A stretch of DNA of 64,000 bases, taken from the NCBI GenBank assembly GCA_965217775.1, contig CBDCJH010000002.1, positions 3,328,001 through 3,392,000 of the forward strand, read 5' to 3'. The notes beneath the pieces are model-generated. The model saw only the letters and a list, made by a program, of their open reading frames with translations, did no database searches and had not been told where the DNA came from. Shown here in pieces: positions 31,744-42,248 of this stretch. The translations under genes were made by a program, and so were the position numbers. Position 1 is the stretch's first letter; every line of letters starts with the position of its first letter. The stretch is from Acidobacteriota bacterium (lineage in GTDB: Bacteria > Acidobacteriota > UBA6911 > RPQK01 > JAJDTT01).

Positions 31744-34700
31744 CTAGAAATCGATTCGCAAGGCGAACTGGATCTGACGGGCCATCCCTGCGGTCGTGAC
31801 GACGCCGAAGCTTCCGGACGAAACGTTGCCACGGGGCGGGCCGAAATTCACGTTGTTGAAGACGTTGAAGAATTCCGTGCGAAACTCGACGAAGCGCGTT
31901 TCTCCCAAGGCGAAGCGCTTCATCAATCCGATGTCGAAATTGATGATGCCGTCGGTGCGAATGGGAAACGCGACCGAGTTGCCATAGGTGGTCGGGTTGA
32001 CGGAGAAGCACCTGGTGTCAAAGAACTTGGTGACCGATCGGTTACCTTCGGATATGTTCCCGTCACAGGTGCGATCCGGAAGTACGACTCGACGCCTTCC
32101 GATGTTCAGGACATCGCTCCCCGCATCGATTTCCATCTGCGGCTGCCCGCTCTGGAGGGTCACCAGAGTGGTCAGCTCCCAGCCATAGAGGAGCTGCCGC
32201 CCCAGTCCCTGAAGACCTCGTCCAAAAGGCAACTCATAGATTCCCGTCGTATAGAAGGCGCTGGCGGCATGCCAGGGAGCTATGGTCCGAGACGCCGAGC
32301 GATCGTATTCGTTCTGGGCCGTGCGCTGGTGATTGGTCAGCAGATTCTTCGACCAGGTATAACCGGCTACCAGACTCAGGCCGTCGCTGAAGCGCCTTTC
32401 GAAGCGGGTCTGAAACGAGTTGTAGGAGGTGTTCATGTCGGAAATGATGTAGCGGTTGGGGCGAATCGGAGGATAGGGCCGGCGGTCGAGCTGGGCGCCC
32501 GTCGCCGTCAGCGTAGCGCCGTCGTTGGGAAGCTGAAACCGCACCCCCTCCGGCAGCGCCACGTTGAAGTTGCGGGCTCCGAACTGATGGCTCCCCTTGT
32601 TCCCCACGTAGGCCACCTCCACGCGTGTCTCCGGCATCAGTTCGTGTTGGAGCGAAAGACTCCAATTCTGCACGTCGCCGGGTGTCCAGTGGGGATCCGC
32701 CATATAGTTCGACGGCCACTCCGAAAGTGACGAACCGGCGACGATGGATGGGGCGACCCCGTACATGACGGTCGGCACCTGGCCCCGCGGATTTCTTCCG
32801 TCCGACGCCCCGGTCAACTGGGGAAGATTCCCGGCGCTCCGGAAGTAAACGAAGGTGGAATCGTCGAACGATCTGCCGTAACCGACTCTCAGCGCCGTGC
32901 GATTCCCTCCGAAGGGTCTCCAGGCGATCCCGATTCGGGGAGCGAAGTCCCGATAGTCCGGCTCGGTCACCCGCCGGGTATCGAGCAGGACGGCCGGAAT
33001 AGGCGAACGATTGGGGCCCTCCAGCGGTCCGCCCAGGATCGGCTGGACGGGGGCGTCCTTGAGGAGGCGGGCCACCGGATTGTAGCGGTCGGAGCCCAGT
33101 TCGAAGAAGGCCAGACCTCGTCCGTCGGACATGAGGACAGGCAGGCTGATTTCGTGCCGGATCCCCAGCGTCAAGGTCAGATTGGGGGTCACCCTCCAAC
33201 TGTCCCCAAGGAACCAGTTGTAGAAGCTCTTGGTCGGATAATTGTTGATGAAGTCATGCTGCAACGTGTAGCTGACGGAGGAGGGGTATCCCAGCAGAAA
33301 ATCGGCGATGACCTGCCCCTGGGAGCCGCCGATCTGGGCGGTGGCGTAGCCGTCGAAGCCCATGCCGCCGCCCCCGGTGCGCGCTCCTCCCGCGATGAGC
33401 TTGTAGCGTTGGGTGGAGATGCCGAACTTGATGATGTGGTCGCCCGTGTTCCAACTGATCACTTCCTTAGCTCCACCGTCGGTGCCGAAATCGTATTCAT
33501 TGTCCATGCTCCGAATATCGGGATAGGGCCGAATCCGTGTCCTGGGAACTCCCCACCCCGCCTCCGGGACGGTATCTGCGTGGTCGAACCCGAAGACCTC
33601 GGCCCAATTCTGGTGCAGCTCATCGGGAGGGGAGTTCTTGGAGTGCTTGCGGCCCAGGTAGAGGCTCAATTCATTGTTGACGTTCGGTCCGAAGTTCTTG
33701 ATGTAGCCGGCGGCGACCTGAAAGCCCCGCTGCCGATCCTGGATGAAGGTCACGTTCGGCGTGTAGTGGAAACCCGTCGTCTTGGGAGATCTCTGCCAGG
33801 TCCAGCGGCCCCAGAGCTGGTCTCCCCCCTCGAAGTTCTGGTCGATCCGGATGTTCCACTTGTCCACATCCGTGTTGTCGACGGCGTTCCAGAAATAATT
33901 GGGGTTGGAGCCGGGGGGTTGGTTGGGAGGCGGAGGCAGGAAGGTTCCGTCCTGAACGATGGCCCGCGCCACCGGATTCATCCGGTCCGACGGGACCCGG
34001 TTGCCGGGAAACGGCATCCGTTGGCCGTCGACCACGTTCATCGGATCGTAGATGATCCGACCGGGCCAGTGGCCATCGAGACCGAAGACTCCGTTACGTT
34101 CGTTTTCCGTTGGTGAGATCTGCGAGCGCACGAAATTGCTGCGCTGTCTCAGCCCCTCGTAGGAGAAGAAGAAGAAGGTGCTGTCCTTGAAGATGGGTCC
34201 GCCCAACGTCGCCCCAAACTGGTGCCGCTTGTAGGGGACCGTACCGGTCCCCACCCGGTTGGCCATGAAGTTGTTGGCGTCCAAGGCGTCGTTTCGCGCA
34301 TAGTCCCAAATGGAACCGTGAAACTCGTTGGTTCCCGACTTCGAGACCATGGTGATCACGGCGCCCGAGACTCGTCCGTATTCGGCCGAGTAGTTGTTCG
34401 TGACCACCTTGAATTCCTGGATGGCGTCCGGCGAGGGCCGTGTGGTCGGCATGTTCTGATACAGATCCTGGTTCGGGGTCCCGTCCAGCAGCAGTAGATT
34501 CTGGCTGTACTGCTGACCATTGAACCCGGGCAGCCGGGGCTGCGCCGCCGGTATGTCCCTCAGCGGCGCCACCACCGCTCCCGTCATGTAACGCGCCAAC
34601 TGAAAGATATCCCGTTCATTCAAGGGGAGATCCTTGATCTGGCGTTCGGTCGTGACCGCGCCCAGATCGGCCGTCTCCGTCTCCACCACCGGTGATCCTC

Positions 34701-35070
34701 CTATGACGGTGATCGTCTCGGCGATTTCGCCGACGGTCATGGAGAAGTCAAGGCGCGCCCGCTGCCGAACTTCGAGCCGCACTCCTTCTCTCACCTGCGT
34801 CTTGAATGCCGGGAGTGAAACGCGAACGGTGTAGATGCCCGGAGGCAGGTTCTCGACGACGTAGTCCCCACGCTCGTTTGTGATCCCACCTCGGGTCACG
34901 TTCGTGGCGACGTTGGTGATGTCGACGCTCACACCCGGAAGCGCCCCTTCGCTGATGTCGCTGACCGTCCCCACCAGGGCAGCGTCTTCGCCTTGAGCCA
35001 TTCCCGGAATACTCAAGAGCAGAACGGCCAGCCCAAACACACTCAAACGGATAGCGGTTGTAGTCCTCAT
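31744..35070 (-). CDS. TonB-dependent receptor (Oar-like, carboxypeptidase-regulatory N-domain)
   Basis: 1108 aa; LPLNER, DAIQEFKV, SAEYGR, KSGTNEFHG, C-terminal RQIQFALRIDF. Confidence 0.93.
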   Translation of the reverse strand: MRTTTAIRLSVFGLAVLLLSIPGMAQGEDAALVGTVSDISEGALPGVSVDITNVATNVTRGGITNERGDYVVENLPPGIYTVRVSLPAFKTQVREGVRLEVRQRARLDFSMTVGEIAETITVIGGSPVVETETADLGAVTTERQIKDLPLNERDIFQLARYMTGAVVAPLRDIPAAQPRLPGFNGQQYSQNLLLLDGTPNQDLYQNMPTTRPSPDAIQEFKVVTNNYSAEYGRVSGAVITMVSKSGTNEFHGSIWDYARNDALDANNFMANRVGTGTVPYKRHQFGATLGGPIFKDSTFFFFSYEGLRQRSNFVRSQISPTENERNGVFGLDGHWPGRIIYDPMNVVDGQRMPFPGNRVPSDRMNPVARAIVQDGTFLPPPPNQPPGSNPNYFWNAVDNTDVDKWNIRIDQNFEGGDQLWGRWTWQRSPKTTGFHYTPNVTFIQDRQRGFQVAAGYIKNFGPNVNNELSLYLGRKHSKNSPPDELHQNWAEVFGFDHADTVPEAGWGVPRTRIRPYPDIRSMDNEYDFGTDGGAKEVISWNTGDHIIKFGISTQRYKLIAGGARTGGGGMGFDGYATAQIGGSQGQVIADFLLGYPSSVSYTLQHDFINNYPTKSFYNWFLGDSWRVTPNLTLTLGIRHEISLPVLMSDGRGLAFFELGSDRYNPVARLLKDAPVQPILGGPLEGPNRSPIPAVLLDTRRVTEPDYRDFAPRIGIAWRPFGGNRTALRVGYGRSFDDSTFVYFRSAGNLPQLTGASDGRNPRGQVPTVMYGVAPSIVAGSSLSEWPSNYMADPHWTPGDVQNWSLSLQHELMPETRVEVAYVGNKGSHQFGARNFNVALPEGVRFQLPNDGATLTATGAQLDRRPYPPIRPNRYIISDMNTSYNSFQTRFERRFSDGLSLVAGYTWSKNLLTNHQRTAQNEYDRSASRTIAPWHAASAFYTTGIYELPFGRGLQGLGRQLLYGWELTTLVTLQSGQPQMEIDAGSDVLNIGRRRVVLPDRTCDGNISEGNRSVTKFFDTRCFSVNPTTYGNSVAFPIRTDGIINFDIGLMKRFALGETRFVEFRTEFFNVFNNVNFGPPRGNVSSGSFGVVTTAGMARQIQFALRIDF

Positions 35071-35350
35071 GTCACCTCCATCGGCGAGAACCGTTGCGTT
35101 ATGCCAGGCCAGGATCAGGTTCGGCTCGCGCGCCGGAAGAAGCGCTCAGTGGATAGCCAGTGGGAACTCACCCGACAGGGCGGGCGATGTCCTGGACATC
35201 CGGAGCAGGTACGATGTGCCGGCGGTGGAGCCTTCCTGGGCTACCAGCATGACGAATAACCCAACGGACGGTCTAAATAGCAAAGTTGTATGATCTGGAG
35301 CTAGCTTGGCACTTAAGGCAAGATCATCCAGCCTCATTGCGTTCACAGGC

Positions 35351-35367
35351 AGCAATTCCAGTGCCAG
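35351..35367 (-). promoter_or_regulatory. Sigma54 (-24/-12) promoter for the TonB receptor
   Basis: Minus strand CTGGCACTGGAATTGCT = TGGCAC-N5-TTGC; AT-rich IHF-like tract at ~35386-35413 just upstream. Confidence 0.7.
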
Positions 35368-35641
35368 GGCGCATCGCACCTCTCTAATAACTGCTTTAAA
35401 TTGAATACGTTAGCCCATTAACTGCCCATCAAGCCAATTGGCTGACGCTCTCGGACCGGGAGCGGATTCAAAAAATTGGACAATTCCCGGCGACATGGTT
35501 CAAGAATGTGGATCGCAAGGGTGGCAAAGGGCCCGTATGGCGATGGAATTGGACAGATGTTACCATCGGAGAATCGAGTTGGGACAGGCCGGAAAGGCAG
35601 GTCCATTCCATGTTATCCACAGTGACCGCGGAGAAGCTTTC

Positions 35642-37234
35642 ATGAAGACGCTTTTCGCGGTTATTCTGTTTCTGACCCACCTCCCATCTCTTCCCGGTCT
35701 TCCCCAGAACCAGAAGCCTCCGGAGGAAGAGATCGATTACTACAAGAAATGGCTGCAGGAAGACGTCCGCTACATCATTGTCGATGAAGAACGGGCTGTC
35801 TTCGAGAAACTCAACACGGACGACGAGCGAGACGCCTTCATAGAACAGTTCTGGCGCCGGCGAGATACCGACCCGGCGACGGCCATCAATGAGTTCCAGG
35901 AGGAACATTATCGTAGGATCGCCTACGCCAACGACCGATTCCGGTCCGGCGTCGAGGGCTGGGCCACCGACCGCGGCCGGATCTACATCACTTTCGGTCC
36001 TCCCGACAATATCGACGACCATCCCGGCGGATACTACGCCCGCCGGCCGGAAGAGGGGGGCGGCATGACCAGCACCTATGCGTTTCAGCGCTGGTTCTAC
36101 CGGTTCATCCCTGGAATAGGACCCGGTGTCGAGATCGAGTTCGTCGACCCCACCAATACGGGGGAATACCGGATCGCGCTGCGGCCGACCGAGAAGGATG
36201 CCCTCTTTGTGGCCGGGGGAGGAATGACGGACGGGGAATTCCGCGGTGAGGTGGATCGGGCCGGGCGCGTGCGCTCCGCCCTCTTGATGAGGAACCTGGG
36301 TCTGGAGGGCGATCCCTACTACATGACGGGGGCTCAGCCGCTGCAGCGCGTGCGCAACTATTTCTACGCCAAGCGCCCTCCCAAGCTCCAGTTTGGAGAA
36401 CTGCAGAATCTGGTGGACACCCAGCTCTACTACGATTCCATACCGGTTCAGATCGGAGTCAATCAATTCCGGGTGGGACCGGACCAGGTGCTGGCTCCCG
36501 TCACCCTCAGGATTGGACGGGAGCAGCTGACCTATGGGGAAACGGAAGGGGGCCGGCGGGCCGTCCTGAACATCTATGGCAGGGTGACCGACCTGGGAAA
36601 TCGGATCGCGTACGAGTTCGAGGATACCGTTCTGGCGGATCAGCCCGCCGACCTGCAGCCGGAGGAAATCGGGGGCGTGGCCACCTACCAGAGGAGCATT
36701 CCCCTGCGATCCGGCCGATACAAACTGACTCTGATCCTGAAGGACGGGAACAGTGGGAAGGTCTCGGTCACCGCGACTCCGATCCGCGTCGTCCCCTTCG
36801 AGTCCAAGACCCTGACGACGAGCAGCATCATCCTTGCCGACAAGGTCCTGTCTTCGGAACCCGGAACCCTTCTGAGCGAGCCCTTCGTGGTCCCCGGCGG
36901 TTTCAAGATCTTCCCCAACGTGACTCAGGAGTTCACGAACCGGGACCGCTGTTTCTTCTATGTGGAGGCCTATGAGGTGGCCATCGATCAGTCGACGCTT
37001 CAACCCCTGCTGGGAGCCGAGATCTATCTGGTCCACGATGGCCGTATCGTGCAGCAGGAACAGCCCAAGGCCGTGACCCTGGGCGATCGGGTCGCCCTTT
37101 TCCACGACGTGGATCTGAGCCGGCTCCTTTCAGGAAAGCATCGCATCGAGTTGCACGTGGACGACCGCATCAGCGGTCAGCGAGTCATCCGCCGCGCAGA
37201 GATCACGATTCTGGACGACTCCCGCGGTTCCTGA
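35642..37234 (+). CDS. GWxTD domain-containing protein
   Basis: KKWLQEDVRYII, FIEQFW, EEHYRRIAYAN, GWATDRGRIYI. Confidence 0.92.
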   Translation: MKTLFAVILFLTHLPSLPGLPQNQKPPEEEIDYYKKWLQEDVRYIIVDEERAVFEKLNTDDERDAFIEQFWRRRDTDPATAINEFQEEHYRRIAYANDRFRSGVEGWATDRGRIYITFGPPDNIDDHPGGYYARRPEEGGGMTSTYAFQRWFYRFIPGIGPGVEIEFVDPTNTGEYRIALRPTEKDALFVAGGGMTDGEFRGEVDRAGRVRSALLMRNLGLEGDPYYMTGAQPLQRVRNYFYAKRPPKLQFGELQNLVDTQLYYDSIPVQIGVNQFRVGPDQVLAPVTLRIGREQLTYGETEGGRRAVLNIYGRVTDLGNRIAYEFEDTVLADQPADLQPEEIGGVATYQRSIPLRSGRYKLTLILKDGNSGKVSVTATPIRVVPFESKTLTTSSIILADKVLSSEPGTLLSEPFVVPGGFKIFPNVTQEFTNRDRCFFYVEAYEVAIDQSTLQPLLGAEIYLVHDGRIVQQEQPKAVTLGDRVALFHDVDLSRLLSGKHRIELHVDDRISGQRVIRRAEITILDDSRGS

Positions 37235-37305
37235 CCGGATCGAGACGGGCGAGCAGGCGCTGAAGACGAAAATCCCCCGCGATCATCACGCCGCCCGGGT
37301 CAGGA

Positions 37306-38850
37306 TTATTTCTGGGCGGTGACCGGGTTTCCCGGTACGAACTGGAAAGCGAACAGCTTCGCGTTCTTGAAGTGGAATCGGAGCTTGACCGGCTTTCCGG
37401 CAAGTCCCGCCACGTCGGAACTTCCCCTCCAGGTGACCAGCCGTCCCATGCCGGTCTCACTGAGAGGATCACAGTCGTCGAAACCGTAACCGGAAATCGG
37501 TTTGTAGTCGGTTCCCAGAATCTCGACCCGGACCTCTGCGGGATGAGCTCCCCAACGCTGGAAGGCCGCCCGCAGATTGAGCCGCAGCTCGCTGCCGGAA
37601 AAGGTGAAGGTCCGGGTAACGGCCTTGCTGAAGGCCAGTTTTGAACCGTCCAGAGAAACGAAGCCATCCAAGGGCAGAATCGCCAATCCGATGGCTCCGT
37701 AGGCCCGCTCTTCCCCCAGCATCTCCAGTTGTTCCGGGGACCTCCAGTTCACCCCGCCGTAGTAGAAGAAGATCTTCTCCCCTTGGATGGCCGGTCTGAG
37801 GCCGTAGATCGCCACCGAGTCGAAGGCGTCCCCCGCTCCGGCCGGTATGAACGGACTGCGGTAGCGGCGGTCATAGTGGATGCCATCCCGGCTGAAGACG
37901 AATTGGGGCAGGATCGTGGTGTTCGTGGTCCTGAAGTTCCAGAGCATTCCGATGGTGAATCCTTCGTAGGCAGTGGCGTGAAGCGAGTAGAACTCGGTGT
38001 CGGGATAATCATGGCCGTCGGGAAGGATGACCGGGACGGCTTCGCTCCAACGGATCATGTCGGGGCTCTCCGCTCGCCCGATGAAACGTTTGCCCAGGGG
38101 GCATCTCTGATGACCGCAGATCTCCATGTGGGCGACGTAGACTTGGTGCACGGGATCCCAACCCATCACCGATGTCGGTCCCCAGCGGCCCTTGCGCTCT
38201 CCCCAGTCGATGACCGGATTGCCGGGATGGGCCGACCAGTTGAAGGCGTCTCCGGAATGGTAGAGATGGAACTGCATCCCGGTCCTTCCCGTCTCGTTGG
38301 AAAGCTTTCCCCCCACGGTCTGCACCATGGCTTTGTAGCGTTTCGACGGATCCGGCTCCCGGGCATCGAAGACGATGCCACCCTTGAATCCGAGCCAGTT
38401 GTCCTCACCGACGATGTTGTTGTCCCGGGAGCCGGCGAACTCCACCAGCCCCAGTGAAGGTTTATCCCAACGGTAGCCGTCGGAGGAAGTGGCGTAGCAG
38501 ATTCGACGGCCCGCGCTTTCGGGTTCTCCTCCGGCAACGGGAGTCCAATTGCTGGTCGAGTACCACATCCGGAATTTCCGTTGATCCGGGTCATAGAAAA
38601 CCGTTCCGTAGTGGATGTAGTTGCCTTCCCAGGGGCGGTCCCGAGGGATGACGGGATTGTCGACCGCCTTGCGGGGATGATTCAGGACCAGCGCCGTGTC
38701 CTCCAGGGACTCCAGCAGAAACTCGTCCAGGAAAAGTTGTTTGCTGCTCCCAATGGGGATGATGCTGCCGTTGCGAGGGGCAGCGGCCGTCTGGATCTGC
38801 ATCAGCACCAGACTCGATACCAGCAACGTCAGGACTCTTACCATCCGCAT
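37306..38850 (-). CDS. Uncharacterised beta-propeller GH-like family protein
   Basis: IGSSKQLFLD, SRDGIHY, DGFVSL, GKPVKLRFHFKNAKLFAFQF. Confidence 0.8.
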   Translation of the reverse strand: MRMVRVLTLLVSSLVLMQIQTAAAPRNGSIIPIGSSKQLFLDEFLLESLEDTALVLNHPRKAVDNPVIPRDRPWEGNYIHYGTVFYDPDQRKFRMWYSTSNWTPVAGGEPESAGRRICYATSSDGYRWDKPSLGLVEFAGSRDNNIVGEDNWLGFKGGIVFDAREPDPSKRYKAMVQTVGGKLSNETGRTGMQFHLYHSGDAFNWSAHPGNPVIDWGERKGRWGPTSVMGWDPVHQVYVAHMEICGHQRCPLGKRFIGRAESPDMIRWSEAVPVILPDGHDYPDTEFYSLHATAYEGFTIGMLWNFRTTNTTILPQFVFSRDGIHYDRRYRSPFIPAGAGDAFDSVAIYGLRPAIQGEKIFFYYGGVNWRSPEQLEMLGEERAYGAIGLAILPLDGFVSLDGSKLAFSKAVTRTFTFSGSELRLNLRAAFQRWGAHPAEVRVEILGTDYKPISGYGFDDCDPLSETGMGRLVTWRGSSDVAGLAGKPVKLRFHFKNAKLFAFQFVPGNPVTAQK

Positions 38851-38874
38851 CTCAAACCTCCTTTGTGGCCCCGA

Positions 38875-40521
38875 TCAAGACTCGGGCCGGGCAAACCGAA
38901 TCGAGAAGAGGTCCGCATCCTTCATCACGATACGGAGCCGAACGACCCGGCCTTCCAGGCGGCTCAAGTCGGAGCCCTCCGCCCAGCGTACGACCTGCTC
39001 GATCTTGTCTCCGATGATCTCGGGACAATCGGCCAGCCGGAACCCCGGGATCGGTTCGCCTTCCGCGTCCTGGATTTCCACGCGGAGGCTGCCGGCCGCC
39101 GAGGTCGAGAAGTTCAGGACGAGTTTCGTCCCCTGGAATTTCAAGGGACGGGTCACCATCTCGCCGCCATCGTAATTCGCGTGCAGGGAGGCAAAGCCGT
39201 CGCTGCGCAGAATGTAGCGCCTCACGTGACCCGAAGGCAGCTCGTAGTGACGCGTCACGTAGAAGGACACCTCATCCCCGGCGGTGGGGACGATCCCGAT
39301 TCCGGGAAAGTTGGTCCGAGTGCCCCAGTTCTCGAGTCCGGGACCCGGCCGCAGAAAGGCCTCGGGGAAGGTCCGCTCATAACTGTCCCCTCCGCGGCTG
39401 GTCAGGAGGATGGCGTCCGAGCAGTTCTTCCAGGTCCACCAGGGCATCCCATCCGGCTGGAGGGACCGGCCCTCCTCTTCGCTCAAGGCCTGCTGGCCGG
39501 GCAGGAAGCGTGCGGCCAGACCGATGTAGAGATGGGGCGCTCGAAAGTAGGGTTGGGTCGCGCTGGTATAGAGCTGTTCGTTCACGGTGGGAGGGTACTG
39601 GCTGAATTTCATCGTCTGCCAGTCACTCCAGTGGACCAGATCCTGAGAGACGGCCCGCTGGATGGTCCGGATCACCCCGGTTCTCTTCCAGGTCCGGCCG
39701 CCGTCCGCAGAGTAGCGGAAAGCGTCGTCGCCGGCCCGGTCCCCGCCGAGAATGGAGAACTCCCCCTTTCTGGTGAGCAAGGATCGGAACGAGGCGGGAT
39801 CGTCACCCAAACGCCTGATTTTCAATCCCAGTTCGACGTTGGAACGGCCGAACGCCACATAACAATTTTCCGTTTCACTCCAGAAAAGACTCGCGCCTTC
39901 GATGGAAGGCCGGTCGTGGAGCTTCCTCCAATGGATGCCGTCAGCCGAGACCAGGATCCGGGAGCCAGTCTCGGGTGTCGATCTCGGCGGGGCCTTCACC
40001 GCCTTGAAGCGCTCTGAGGGAGGCACCCCGGGACGGGTATCCAGGAAGGGAGTGAATCCGCTGGAATCGAACAGAACGTTGTTGTTCCGCGTTCCCCTGA
40101 TCTCCACCAGACCGAGGTTCGGCTTGGACCACTGGATCCCGTCGGAACTCGACGCGTAGCAGGTGGACTCGGTCAGTGCCTCCGTCTGGGGGTTCCAGAC
40201 CATGCCCCGGTAGTACATGTGGTAGCTCTCCCCGTCCTTCACGACGTTGGGAAAGGCGGAGCCCAGACCTTCCCAGGGCCGGTCGAATTGGATGGCCACC
40301 TCCGCCGGCCGGGGATGATGCAACTGGAGACGGACCCCCTCCATCCGCTGGATCAGGTAATGGTCCACGAACAGCTCCAGTCGAGATCCGATGTCTGGAA
40401 TCGGCTCGCTTCCTGCCGCGGCGAAACCATTCCCCAAAAGGAGAGCTACACCCGTGGCCAATGCCAGCACTCGTCCAGGCCTCCAGTTGAAGCACCGTTT
40501 CGCGGGTGGATTCTTGCTCAT
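38875..40521 (-). CDS. Uncharacterised beta-propeller GH-like family protein
   Basis: IGSRLELFVD, PYFRAPHLY, LRSDGFAS, MKDADLFSIRF. Confidence 0.82.
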   Translation of the reverse strand: MSKNPPAKRCFNWRPGRVLALATGVALLLGNGFAAAGSEPIPDIGSRLELFVDHYLIQRMEGVRLQLHHPRPAEVAIQFDRPWEGLGSAFPNVVKDGESYHMYYRGMVWNPQTEALTESTCYASSSDGIQWSKPNLGLVEIRGTRNNNVLFDSSGFTPFLDTRPGVPPSERFKAVKAPPRSTPETGSRILVSADGIHWRKLHDRPSIEGASLFWSETENCYVAFGRSNVELGLKIRRLGDDPASFRSLLTRKGEFSILGGDRAGDDAFRYSADGGRTWKRTGVIRTIQRAVSQDLVHWSDWQTMKFSQYPPTVNEQLYTSATQPYFRAPHLYIGLAARFLPGQQALSEEEGRSLQPDGMPWWTWKNCSDAILLTSRGGDSYERTFPEAFLRPGPGLENWGTRTNFPGIGIVPTAGDEVSFYVTRHYELPSGHVRRYILRSDGFASLHANYDGGEMVTRPLKFQGTKLVLNFSTSAAGSLRVEIQDAEGEPIPGFRLADCPEIIGDKIEQVVRWAEGSDLSRLEGRVVRLRIVMKDADLFSIRFARPES

Positions 40522-41082
40522 TTCGACCTCCTTGCAGTCCCTGACAAAAGCCTGATATCACGCCTTCAGGCTCGATTCGCAAGTTGACGTTCATCTCGCG
40601 TCATGCCGGATTGGGGGCGCGCCTACCAGCGGATCGGGCCAAAGAGCCTCCTGAGGCTTAGAACGGGCTCACGGGGAGAACGCCGAACATCGGACGAAAT
40701 TGCTCTCGATCGTGTTTCCATCCTGGACCAGTGGTGGCAGGTAAAAAAAGCGATCGGGTTCCGCTGCGTCAAACCGGATATGGTTTCATTGTCAACGGCT
40801 CTCCCCTTAATTCTCACAACAACCGATGCAGAGGCATTCAGTACGGTTGGTCCCTACCCCGGGCGATCGGGCCACCAAACGAGAGGAGTCTCTATGAATC
40901 GATCCCTGATTGTGACCTCTCTGTTGTCCGCCAGTCAATCATGGGCGGTCTCGGGCCGGGGAGGGAACGAGCATTATTTGTCGGGCCATCTGCTACGACG
41001 ATCGGCTCCAGGAGTTTCGATTGTGATGCTGCACCGCCGCCCCAAACGACGACACCGGCAGGGAGCCGGATGAAGTCTCGGT

Positions 41083-42102
41083 TCAGCCTTCGTACGAGGG
41101 CCGTCCCGCGTCCCGATGCCAGGTTCTCACCAAGTGCCGTTTGTTGAGCGCGTCGGGAGGATCCCGAAACGCACTGCGGTAGTGCGCGATGTCGTTATTG
41201 TTGACGTACTGCTGCTGTCCCCGTTCGATAGGCAGCTCGAACCAGAACTCCGGGTCTGCCGCCAGTTGTTGAAACGCTCCCAGCGCCGCGCCCAGCGTGT
41301 CGTCCATTTCCCGCTCCGCGACCTCGTATCCCTTGCGGACCAGGCTGGGATTGGCCCGTGCGGTCAGGCACCCATCCTCCCAGCGGAACATGGGAGCGAC
41401 GGCGACCTTGGGAGCGACGGCGGCGTGCTCGGCCTGCCGGTCCCAGAGCATGGGACGGTAGAGCCGTGAGAGGAGGCGCGGCCGCGTTTCCAGCAGTTGA
41501 TCGTGAACGGCTGCCAGGCTGCAAAACCGGCTGACGCCACCCTCCAGGGCCGGATGGATGCACAGCAGGCCGACATACGTTGGCGGAGCAATGCCGAAAG
41601 CGTTGTCGGTGTGAAAGACCAGCTCGACCCGGGTATAGGATGCACGCACGCCGTACCCGTACTCCAGGCCCTTGTCGGTGACATCGTAGAGCATGGTCCC
41701 GTCCCATTTCTGGGCGACGTTGCGGCCGATGAGAGTTCCCAGACTCCAGGACACGGAGAGGGCCGTCTCGTGATCGATGTCATCCAGGGGAAATCGGTCC
41801 AGCACCACGACGCCGATGCCGTCCTCCAGTGCACGCTTGACCTTCGCCATCAGGCGCCGCAACCGCGGAATGTCGAAGTGGTCTGCGTGCCTCAACAGGA
41901 CCGGCAGGGGCGTCATTCGAATCTGTTCGCACATGGCCGCCAGTTCGTTGCGCTCTCTTGCGTCGAACTCGAAGACGCAGCCTGCCGGGTCGATCTGGTG
42001 CGACCGCCAGCTCCGGACCCGCGCACCGAGCGGACTCGCCGGAGCTGCGGTGGGTTCCCCACCCACCGGAATGCATCCTGGTACGGCCATGTCATTCCCC
42101 AT
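41083..42102 (-). CDS. TauD/TfdA-family Fe(II)/2-oxoglutarate dioxygenase
   Basis: FHTD, GGVSRF, VNNNDIAHYR, RHLVRTW. Confidence 0.85.
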   Translation of the reverse strand: MGNDMAVPGCIPVGGEPTAAPASPLGARVRSWRSHQIDPAGCVFEFDARERNELAAMCEQIRMTPLPVLLRHADHFDIPRLRRLMAKVKRALEDGIGVVVLDRFPLDDIDHETALSVSWSLGTLIGRNVAQKWDGTMLYDVTDKGLEYGYGVRASYTRVELVFHTDNAFGIAPPTYVGLLCIHPALEGGVSRFCSLAAVHDQLLETRPRLLSRLYRPMLWDRQAEHAAVAPKVAVAPMFRWEDGCLTARANPSLVRKGYEVAEREMDDTLGAALGAFQQLAADPEFWFELPIERGQQQYVNNNDIAHYRSAFRDPPDALNKRHLVRTWHRDAGRPSYEG

Positions 42103-42248
42103 AGGTCCTCACTCACTGCCGCAGCCGACCGGCGCCGTCATATCCAGGGTAGGTGTCAACGGTCGGAATGTGAACTCCGGACGGTTTCGCGAGAACCTGG
42201 CAAGACGGAAGAAGGCGGTTACCATAAGTCAAGGAGAAGGAGGTCCAA

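Noticed and set aside
40894-41073. RBS + ATG short ORF (MNRSLIVTSLL...)
   Set aside because: Could be the start of a deleted gene, but has no recognisable homology; too weak to call.
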